Assembly: GCA_943367705.1 (NCBI GenBank)
Contig: CALRJV020000002.1
Coordinates: 204,895-268,894 of the forward strand
Direction: 5' to 3'
Length of the DNA: 64,000 nucleotides
Origin: Synechococcus sp. UW140
Lineage (GTDB): Bacteria > Cyanobacteriota > Cyanobacteriia > PCC-6307 > Cyanobiaceae
Below, piece after piece: positions 56,816 through 64,000 of the stretch. The notes under the pieces were generated by a model. The model ran no database searches. It saw only the letters and a list, made by a program, of their open reading frames with translations, and had not been told where the DNA came from. The position numbers and the translations under genes were made by a program. Within the stretch, counting starts at the first letter, position 1; each line of letters begins with the position of its first letter.

Positions 56816-59268
56816 CGGCGCTGCTCGGCGCCGAAACGGCGTTCGAGGGCCTCGCGCACCCGACCATGGGCCGCTTCCACCTCCTCGTCGGTGAGGGTGC
56901 GGGCGCTGTCGCGATAGCGGAGGCGGAAGGCCTGGCTGCAGCGGCCGGGCTCCACCTGGGCGCCCTCGTAGCGGTCGATCAACTCGGCCTGCTCCAACAG
57001 TGGCTTGCCCGCCTTGCGGATCGCCGCCAGCAGGTCCGCCGCCGTGGTGTCGGTGGGAACGACCAGGGCCAGGTCGCGTTCCGAGGCCGGCACCGTGGGG
57101 TAGGGACGGAAGCTGGGCTGCCAGCGGTTGCGTCGGGTGCCGGCACTCAGCAGGGGCTCCAGCTCCAGCTGGAACACATAGGTGGCGGCCGGCAGGTCGA
57201 GGGCGTCGGCCTCGGCCGGGTGGAGCTGGCCGAACCAGCCGGCGGGCTTGCCTTCCACCAGCAGCTGGGCGGCGCGGCCGGGGTGGAGAAGGGGGAAGTC
57301 GCTCAGGGGGCGGTCCTCCAGGGGCAGGCGCAGGGGCTCCAGACCGGCCTGCAGAACGCCGCGGGCCTGGAAATAGTCCGGGGGGGCGGGCTTGCCGGAG
57401 CTGCGCCAGCGCTCGGCGCGGCGCTCGCCGGCGATCACCCCCACCAGCAGGGTGCGTTCCCCATGGCGCTCCTCGCCGCTGGCCGCGCCACCAGGGAACA
57501 CCCGGCCGATCTCGAAGCCCCAGAAGCCCCCCAGGGAGGCCTGCAGGTTGCGGCGGGCGGCCTGGAGCAACTCCTGGTGCAGGTTGTCGCGCAGGTGGCC
57601 GTAGTCGGCCAGCAGTGGGTTGGCCAGGGGCACCCGGCCCGGCGCCGCCGCCACCAGCGACAGGGAGACGATCTCCTGCAGGCCGGCGGCGCAGAGGGAG
57701 CGGCGCAGGCGGCGTTCCAGCTGCTGGGCCGGCTCCAGGCCCCCGGGGATCAGGGGATCGGGCAGGTGGGAGGCGAAGTGGTCGTAGCCCACCAGCCGGG
57801 CCACCTCCTCGATCAGGTCCACCTCACGCCTGAGGTCCATGGCCCGCTCGGGCGGCACCCGCACCTGCCAGCCCTCCTCGTCCTCGTCAAGCACGCAACC
57901 CAGGGCCTCGAGGGTGGCGGTGATGCGTTCGTCGTCCAGGTCCCGGGCCTCGCCCTCCACCAGCACCGGACCCAGCAGGTTGTGGAGGGCGTCGCGGCGC
58001 AGGGGCAGGGGCGGCTGGGGGGACGGGGGCCGCTGGTGCAGCCAGCGCCCGTCCACCCGGGCTCCGGCCAGCTCCTGCAGCAGGGCCACGGCCCGGTCGG
58101 CGGCGGCCAGGGTGATCTCCCGCGGCACCCCCTTCTCGAAGCGGCTGCTGGCCTCGGTGCGCAGGCCGACGCTGCGGGCGGAGCGGCGCACGGCCTGGGG
58201 GGCGAACACCGCCGCCTCCAGCCAGATGGCGGTGGTGGCGTCGGTGACGGCCTCCGCGAGGCCCCCCATCACCCCGGCCAGGGCGATGGGGTGGTCGCCG
58301 CAGGTGACCACCAGGGCCTCTTCGCTCAGGGTGCGCTTCTGGCCGTCGAGGGCCACAAACGCCTCTCCGCTGCGGCCCTGGCGCAGGCCGATGTGGGCCG
58401 GCTCCGGCGTGCCGCCGGTGAGTACGCCAAGGCGATCCCGGTCGAAGGCATGCAGGGGCTGTCCCGTCTCCAGCATCACCAGGTTGGTGATGTCCACCAC
58501 GTTGTTGATGGGGCGCACCCCGGCCCGCTCCAGCCGCTGGCGCAGCCAGTCCGGGGAGGGACCCACCGTCAGGCCGCTGAGGGCCGTGAGGCTGAACAGG
58601 CCCCCGGCCTCGATGGCCTCGCGGTCGGCCGCCGCGGCGGCCAGGGGCTCGGCCGCCACCTCGGGCGCCGCCGCAGGGAAGGTGGTGTGGCCGCCGCTGA
58701 GGGCCGCCACCTCGCGGGCGATCCCGCGCATCGACAGGCCATCGGGGCGGTTGGCGGTGATCGCCAGCTCCAGCACCTGGTCGTCGAGGCCCAGGAGCGG
58801 GCCCACGGGCGTCCCCAGGGGGGGGACGCTCTCCAGGAGCTGGTCGAGTTCGGCAATGCCGTCGCTGCCGTCGTCGAGGCCCAGCTCCCGCAGGGAGCAG
58901 ATCATGCCGCTGCTGGCCACCCCCCGCAGTTCGGCCGGCTTGATCGTCAGTCCCACAGCGGGAAGGGTGCTGCCCACCAGGGCCACGGGCACGTGCAGGC
59001 CCTGGCGCACATTCGGGGCACCGCAGACGATCTGTAGGGGCTCGCCGGCCCCCACATCCACCCGGCAGACGCTGAGCTTGTCGGCGTTGGGGTGGGGATC
59101 CCGCTGCACCACATGACCCACCACCACACCGGCCGCCCGGGCCGCCAGATCCTCGATGGCCTCCACCTCGAAACCGGCGATCGAGAGGCGCTCCGCCAGG
59201 GGCTCAGGCTCGAGGCAGGCCGGTTCCACGCTGACCAGCTCCCGGAGCCATTGGAGCGAAACCAGCAT
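56812..59268 (-). CDS. pheT: Phenylalanine--tRNA ligase beta subunit
   Basis: HPNADKL, IVCGAPN, TANRPDGLS, RFEKG, DLIEEVAR, C-terminal FDX-ACB domain. Confidence 0.96.
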   Translation of the reverse strand: MLVSLQWLRELVSVEPACLEPEPLAERLSIAGFEVEAIEDLAARAAGVVVGHVVQRDPHPNADKLSVCRVDVGAGEPLQIVCGAPNVRQGLHVPVALVGSTLPAVGLTIKPAELRGVASSGMICSLRELGLDDGSDGIAELDQLLESVPPLGTPVGPLLGLDDQVLELAITANRPDGLSMRGIAREVAALSGGHTTFPAAAPEVAAEPLAAAAADREAIEAGGLFSLTALSGLTVGPSPDWLRQRLERAGVRPINNVVDITNLVMLETGQPLHAFDRDRLGVLTGGTPEPAHIGLRQGRSGEAFVALDGQKRTLSEEALVVTCGDHPIALAGVMGGLAEAVTDATTAIWLEAAVFAPQAVRRSARSVGLRTEASSRFEKGVPREITLAAADRAVALLQELAGARVDGRWLHQRPPSPQPPLPLRRDALHNLLGPVLVEGEARDLDDERITATLEALGCVLDEDEEGWQVRVPPERAMDLRREVDLIEEVARLVGYDHFASHLPDPLIPGGLEPAQQLERRLRRSLCAAGLQEIVSLSLVAAAPGRVPLANPLLADYGHLRDNLHQELLQAARRNLQASLGGFWGFEIGRVFPGGAASGEERHGERTLLVGVIAGERRAERWRSSGKPAPPDYFQARGVLQAGLEPLRLPLEDRPLSDFPLLHPGRAAQLLVEGKPAGWFGQLHPAEADALDLPAATYVFQLELEPLLSAGTRRNRWQPSFRPYPTVPASERDLALVVPTDTTAADLLAAIRKAGKPLLEQAELIDRYEGAQVEPGRCSQAFRLRYRDSARTLTDEEVEAAHGRVREALERRFGAEQRR

Positions 59269-59380
59269 CGGAGGGGTGCACAGCAGCCGCCCACATTAGG
59301 AAGCGATCAGGGCCCTACCCATCGGGAGGTAAGGTGCAGGATCGTCTCTCTGCAACGCATCCGCGGCGCAACGTCCTTCC

Positions 59381-59575
59381 ATGGCCAAGAACAAGGGCGT
59401 CCGGCTGGTGATCACCCTCGAGTGCACCGAATGCCGGTCCAACCCCGCCAAGCGGTCCCCTGGCGTGTCCCGTTACACGACCCAGAAGAACCGCCGCAAC
59501 ACCACCGAACGGATCGAACTCAAGAAGTTCTGCCCCCACTGCAACGCCTCCACCGTCCACAAGGAGATCAAGTGA
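59381..59575 (+). CDS. rpmG: 50S ribosomal protein L33 (Zn-ribbon form)
   Basis: ITLECTEC...YTTQKNRRN...ELKKFCPHC...HKE. Confidence 0.96.
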   Translation: MAKNKGVRLVITLECTECRSNPAKRSPGVSRYTTQKNRRNTTERIELKKFCPHCNASTVHKEIK

Positions 59576-59664
59576 GGCTGGATTCCCTGCGGAATCCCAT
59601 CGCCTGATCGTCCCGCGGCCCCTGCAGCGGCAGTTGTTTCCATTCTTTTCTTCCCTCCGTTCCC

Positions 59665-59886
59665 ATGTCCAGTTCCTTCTTCAAGAAGCGCCTCTCGCCG
59701 ATCAAGCCCGGTGATCCGATCGACTACAAGGACGTCGATCTGCTCAAGAAGTTCATCACCGAGCGCGGCAAGATCCTGCCCCGCCGCCTCACCGGCCTGA
59801 CGGCCAAGCAGCAGCGCGATCTCACCAATGCCGTCAAGCGGGCCCGGATCGTGGCCCTGCTGCCCTTCGTGAATCCCGAAGGCTGA
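59665..59886 (+). CDS. rpsR: 30S ribosomal protein S18
   Basis: [26 protein letters not shown]...[13 protein letters not shown]. Confidence 0.97.
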
Positions 59887-59887
59887 G

Positions 59888-61927
59888 TTGCCCCCCGCCT
59901 CGCGTCGGTTCACGGCGGGTGACCTGGTCGGCCTCCACGACGACAGCCGCAGCCTGCTGGCGGTCGTCGTGGCCGAGAAAGGCACGCGCCTCGATCTCAA
60001 GGTGGGTTTCGAGGCCAAGGCCGTCCAGCGGGGGGTCCGGCAGCTTGATCTGCTGGCCGCTCTCCCTGGCGATCAATCCCCACCCTCACGCCTGTCCCAG
60101 CCCCCCTGGGGGCTGAGTGCCGAGTCGTTGCAGCAGGCCGCCCCCAGCCCCCGCGAGCTGGGGGCGGCCTGGCTGCTGTTGCTGGATGACCCGGCGTCCC
60201 TGGAGCTGGGGGATTTCGTCGACCTGATCGGCGACGGCAGCGACCCGATCCAGAGGGCCGCCTGCTGGCTGTGGCTGCAGGGCCCCCAGACCCTGTTCCG
60301 CTGGCGCCAGCAGCAGGTGGAGGCCCGCCCCCTGGTGGATGTGCGCCGGCTGCGGCGGGACGCCCGCCGCCAGCAGCTGGCCGAGCAGCGCCGGCGCCAG
60401 TGGCAGGACGCCCTGCGCCAGCGCCGCCCGATCGATCCCCAGCAGCTCGATGCCGAACAGCGGCAGCACCTGGCCCTGCTGCGGGAGTGGGCCAGCGGCG
60501 ACACCAGCCGCCCCCTGCCCGACGATCTGCACCGGGCCCTGCAGGCGGCCCACTGCGCGATGGAATCGGCGCCGATCCGGCACCTGCTGGTGGACCTGGG
60601 CCAGTGGGAGCGGCACCATCTCCCCTCCCTGGAGAACACCACCTGGCAGGCCGGCTTCTCCGAGGAGCTGGAAGCTGAGGCCCGTCGGCTGGTGGAGCTG
60701 GCCGCCACGGAGCTGCCCGGTGATCAGCGCCGCCGCGACCTCACCGGCCTGCACACCGTCACCATCGACGATGCGGACACCCGCGACATCGACGACGGCC
60801 TCTCCCTGGAGCACGGGGCCGGCGGCACACCACGGCTGTGGATCCACATCGCCGACCCCGGCCGGCTGGTGGCTGCGGACAGCCCCCTCGACACCGAAGC
60901 CCGGCGCCGGGCCAGCAGCCTCTACCTGGCCCGGGGGCCGCTGCCGATGTTCCCCGAGCTGCTCAGCACCGGCCCGATGAGCCTGCGCATGGGCCAGCGC
61001 TGCGCGGCCCTCAGCCTGTGGGTGGAACTCGCCGAAGACGGCGCCGTGGCCGGCCATGGGCTGGAATCCAGCTGGGTGCGCCCCTCCTACCGGCTCAGTT
61101 ATGGGGATGCAGATGAGCTGATTGAGCTGGCCCCGCCCCAGGAGCGATATCTCAACGAGATCCACGCCCTGATGGAGCGGCGGCGCCGCTGGCGGCTGGC
61201 GCGGGGGGCCCTCGATCTGGACCAGCCCGAGGGCCGGATCCGTTGCGACGACCAGGGGCCCCAGCTGGAGATCACCGAGCCGTCCCCGTCGCGGACCCTG
61301 GTGGCCGAGGCCATGATCCTGGCCGGGGCCGTGATCGCCTCCTACGGCCAGGAGCAGAGCCTGGCCCTGCCCTACCGGAGCCAGCTGACGGCGGAGCTGC
61401 CCCCTGAGGCGGAACTGGCGAGCCTGCCGGCGGGTCCGGTGCGCCATGCCGCCATCAAGCGCTGCCTCAGCCGGGGCCATCTGGGCACCACGCCCGCCCC
61501 CCACTTCTCCCTGGGCCTGCCCTGCTATGTGCAGGCCACCTCACCGATCCGCCGCTACAACGACCTGCTGGTCCAGCGCCAGCTGCTGGCCCACCAGCAG
61601 GGGCAGCCGGTGCTGGAGGAGGCCGAGCTGGCGGAGCTGCTGGCGGAGCTGGAGGGGGCGATCCGCCAGGGCCTGCAGATCGCCCGGGAAGACCAGCGCC
61701 ACTGGCAGCAGGTGTGGTTCGAGGCCCAGGAGCAGCACCAGTGGCCGGGGCTGTTTCTGAGGTGGCTGCGGCCCCAGGACCGGCTCGGCCTGGTGCACCT
61801 GCCGGATCTGGCCATGGATCTGGCCGCCGAGTGCCATGGCGACCCCGGCCCCGGCGACGCCCTGCTGGTGCGCCTGCAGCAGGTGGATTCCCTGCGCGAT
61901 CTCCTGCGCTTCACGGCCGCGGGCTGA
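59888..61927 (+). CDS. Ribonuclease II/R family exoribonuclease (RNB domain)
   Basis: TIDDADTRDIDDGLS, HIADP, RRASSLY, HFSLGL..Y...TSPIRRYNDL. Confidence 0.9.
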   Translation: MPPASRRFTAGDLVGLHDDSRSLLAVVVAEKGTRLDLKVGFEAKAVQRGVRQLDLLAALPGDQSPPSRLSQPPWGLSAESLQQAAPSPRELGAAWLLLLDDPASLELGDFVDLIGDGSDPIQRAACWLWLQGPQTLFRWRQQQVEARPLVDVRRLRRDARRQQLAEQRRRQWQDALRQRRPIDPQQLDAEQRQHLALLREWASGDTSRPLPDDLHRALQAAHCAMESAPIRHLLVDLGQWERHHLPSLENTTWQAGFSEELEAEARRLVELAATELPGDQRRRDLTGLHTVTIDDADTRDIDDGLSLEHGAGGTPRLWIHIADPGRLVAADSPLDTEARRRASSLYLARGPLPMFPELLSTGPMSLRMGQRCAALSLWVELAEDGAVAGHGLESSWVRPSYRLSYGDADELIELAPPQERYLNEIHALMERRRRWRLARGALDLDQPEGRIRCDDQGPQLEITEPSPSRTLVAEAMILAGAVIASYGQEQSLALPYRSQLTAELPPEAELASLPAGPVRHAAIKRCLSRGHLGTTPAPHFSLGLPCYVQATSPIRRYNDLLVQRQLLAHQQGQPVLEEAELAELLAELEGAIRQGLQIAREDQRHWQQVWFEAQEQHQWPGLFLRWLRPQDRLGLVHLPDLAMDLAAECHGDPGPGDALLVRLQQVDSLRDLLRFTAAG

Positions 61928-61938
61928 CCCCGGCGGGT

Positions 61939-62253
61939 TCAGGGGCTGAGGTTGTACTTGCCCATCGCCTGCTGCTTGCAGATGGTTTCGGCCTGGGGAA
62001 TCGTCGCCCGGTCGTTCACCTGCTGGGCGACGCAAGTGCAGGTGTCCTTGGCCAGGCCGGCCGGCACCGTCTTGCCCGCCTTGGTGAAATCGGCATTCAC
62101 CGCCAGGGTGCAGTAGTGGATGATCAGCTGGTCGCGCATGTTGTCGAGGCTCTGGGCCCGGACGGGGAGACCGGCCAGCAGCAACACCGCCCCAGCCAGG
62201 GACAGCAGCAGCGGCAAGGGCTGAACGGCGGATCCGGGGTTGGCGGAAACCAT
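61939..62253 (-). CDS. Small exported hypothetical protein with 4 Cys
   Basis: Signal-peptide-like hydrophobic stretch ending VRA; C...CxC...C pattern. Confidence 0.6.
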   Translation of the reverse strand: MVSANPGSAVQPLPLLLSLAGAVLLLAGLPVRAQSLDNMRDQLIIHYCTLAVNADFTKAGKTVPAGLAKDTCTCVAQQVNDRATIPQAETICKQQAMGKYNLSP

Positions 62254-62290
62254 GGGGAACGGGCGCTGAACCAGCCCATCCTGGCCGAGC

Positions 62291-62881
62291 TCAGGCCGGC
62301 TGGCCCAGGCGCTCCAGGCGGCGCCGCCGCCAGAGCAGCAGCGCCACCAACCCCGCGCAGGCCAGGCCCACCGCCGCCGGGAAGAGGGCCGTGGTGAGTG
62401 TCAGGCGCTCCAGGGACAGGAGCACCAGCAGATTGCGCAGCACGAACAGGCTGTAGAAGCCAACCCGTTCCTGTTCGGGGTGGCTCCAGGCGCGCCGCAG
62501 GGTGGGGCCGAAGCCCAGCAGGTCCACCAGGGTGAGGACCACCACGGCCCAGAAGGGGTCGGCGGTGAGGAACCAGAAGGGCAGGGCCGAGGCGGCACCG
62601 GCCAGAAACAGCCAGTCGCCCGTTGTGATCTCCCGGTCGGCGCCATGGGCGAAGGCCAGCCAGGCGATGGAGAAGGTGAGCAGGGCCGACATGCCGGTGG
62701 GCCAGGCCCCGACCCCGCCGCCGCCGGCCCAGGTCGCCAGGAACACCAGCAGGGTGGTCACGCCCCAGATCAGCCAGGAGAAGACATGGGGGCGGGTGCG
62801 ACCGGCCCGAATGGAGCGGATGTAGGGGAGGAAGGCCGCGAAGGTAAGCGCGATGGCCGCCGCACTGAGCAGTGCCTTCAC
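62291..62881 (-). CDS. Integral membrane protein, PQ-loop/SWEET-like internal repeat
   Basis: GTG start overlapping the upstream TGA; 6-7 hydrophobic segments; two repeats LPYIRSIRAGRTRP and GPTLRRAWSHPEQE. Confidence 0.6.
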   Translation of the reverse strand: MKALLSAAAIALTFAAFLPYIRSIRAGRTRPHVFSWLIWGVTTLLVFLATWAGGGGVGAWPTGMSALLTFSIAWLAFAHGADREITTGDWLFLAGAASALPFWFLTADPFWAVVVLTLVDLLGFGPTLRRAWSHPEQERVGFYSLFVLRNLLVLLSLERLTLTTALFPAAVGLACAGLVALLLWRRRRLERLGQPA

Positions 62882-64000
62882 GGCACGAGCCGTGACACCC
62901 GCAGCCAGGGCCCCCAGGGGTTGGCGCAACCGATCAGGGCCACCGGGGTGGGGCGATCAAGGCCCAGCAGCCAGTGGTGCAGGGCCGGCTCCAGGGTGAT
63001 CAGGGGCCAGGCCCCGGCCTCGCCGTGCAGCACGTAGCCGCCCTGGCCATCGGGCACCAGCTCGCCGCGCCAGAGGCGTTCGCCCGGCTCCGGCGGCGGC
63101 GCCCAGCCCGCCGGCGCTGCCAGCTCCGCCGCCTCCAGCTGCCCGTGCCGATCCAGTCGCTCCGGCGCCGCCAGAGCCTGAAGCTGCCGCTCACGCCACA
63201 GGGGGTGGTGCCAGGGGGTGTCCCACAGCGGCACCACGCCGGCCGGGGCCAGCGGATCACCGATCAGGGCCTCCTGGAGCCGTCGCACCGGCAGGGCGGC
63301 AAGCTCAAGCTCACTCTGCACGCACAGGGCCGCCGCCAGCCCGGCGGCCTGGCCGATGTTGAGCACCAGGGGCTGCAACCGGGTGGCGCCGTTGGCCATG
63401 TGGCTGACGCCGAAGCCCTTGTCGGCCGCCAGCAGGTTGCTCACCCCCTCACTCACCAGGGCTCCGTAGGGGATGGTGAACGGGGTGCCGCTCCAGCGGC
63501 CGCCCCAGCGGCAGCTCTTGGGGGCCAGGGGCCAGTCGCCGCCGGGGTAGTGGTGGTCGTTGGCGTAGTTGCCCACGGCGATGCTGCGCAAGGACCCGTC
63601 GGCGGCGCGGCAGAGGGGGGCGATGCAGGCGCCCTCCCCCTGGGGCAGCAGGTGCTGCTCCAGCACCAGCTCCCGGGCCACCAGCCGGCGGCCCTCGCGC
63701 CAGTAGGGCATCAGGGCCAGGGACCCGGAGCCGCTCAGCCGGCCGGCGGCGGCTTCTTCCGGCGTGGGGAACACCGCCGCCGGCCCCAGCCAGCCGCCGC
63801 TGGCCTGGCGCAGGGAAGCAGCGAAGGTTTCGCTGTGGTCGCGCATCGCCGCCAGCAGCTCCGCTTCGGCCGCTTCGGCCGCCGCGGGCCCCCCACCGCC
63901 GCCGGAAACCCGCTCCGCGAAGGCCCGCTCCAGGCCGTCGTGCCAGTCGTTGCCGTGCAGGGGCCAGTTCAGCATCACCAGCCCCCCGGGCAGGCGGCCG
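62878..64000 (-). CDS. FAD-dependent oxidoreductase (5' end outside window)
   Basis: Frame open to the window edge (GRLPGGLVMLNWP); PYWREGRR, IAVGNYANDHH, FTIPYGALV, SHMANGATRLQP..NIGQAAG. Confidence 0.85.
   Translation of the reverse strand, partial: GRLPGGLVMLNWPLHGNDWHDGLERAFAERVSGGGGGPAAAEAAEAELLAAMRDHSETFAASLRQASGGWLGPAAVFPTPEEAAAGRLSGSGSLALMPYWREGRRLVARELVLEQHLLPQGEGACIAPLCRAADGSLRSIAVGNYANDHHYPGGDWPLAPKSCRWGGRWSGTPFTIPYGALVSEGVSNLLAADKGFGVSHMANGATRLQPLVLNIGQAAGLAAALCVQSELELAALPVRRLQEALIGDPLAPAGVVPLWDTPWHHPLWRERQLQALAAPERLDRHGQLEAAELAAPAGWAPPPEPGERLWRGELVPDGQGGYVLHGEAGAWPLITLEPALHHWLLGLDRPTPVALIGCANPWGPWLRVSRLVP

Noticed and set aside
59580-59597. 7-bp hairpin GGATTCC-CTGC-GGAATCC between rpmG and rpsR
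   Set aside because: Short, with no adjacent U tract. Such structures are ordinary in ribosomal protein operons and there is no evidence for a specific function.

Overview
A GC-rich (~70%) picocyanobacterial chromosome segment, Cyanobium/Synechococcus-like, judged from apcD, hemJ, cyanobacterial-type hfq, a cdv3-like gene and HIP1 octamers. Most of the window (11.2-64 kb) is core housekeeping: ribBA, argC, purN, pgi, leuS, dapF, dacB, coaD, uvrC, hemJ, cobN, ilvE, metH, gpsA, a SigF-like sigma factor, apcD, rlmD, pheT, rpmG, rpsR and an RNase II. The first 11 kb is an accessory-looking type I secretion locus: PpiC rotamase, an HlyB with a cNMP domain and a catalytically dead C39-like domain, and HlyD, flanked by three related Gly/Ala/Thr-rich repeat proteins that are candidate cargo. 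Other points of interest are a glutathione-dependent formaldehyde detoxification pair between pgi and leuS, a 4-Cys tail on DapF overlapping a cysteine desulfurase gene, an amidase facing an SLT-like protein, a small coiled-coil ORF overlapping the sigma factor gene antisense, an RHH/J-domain fusion, and a ~57% GC intergenic island next to a three-hairpin 3' extension of apcD. No rRNA, tRNA, CRISPR array or transposase was recognised. All product calls come from motif recognition by eye, not from database searches.
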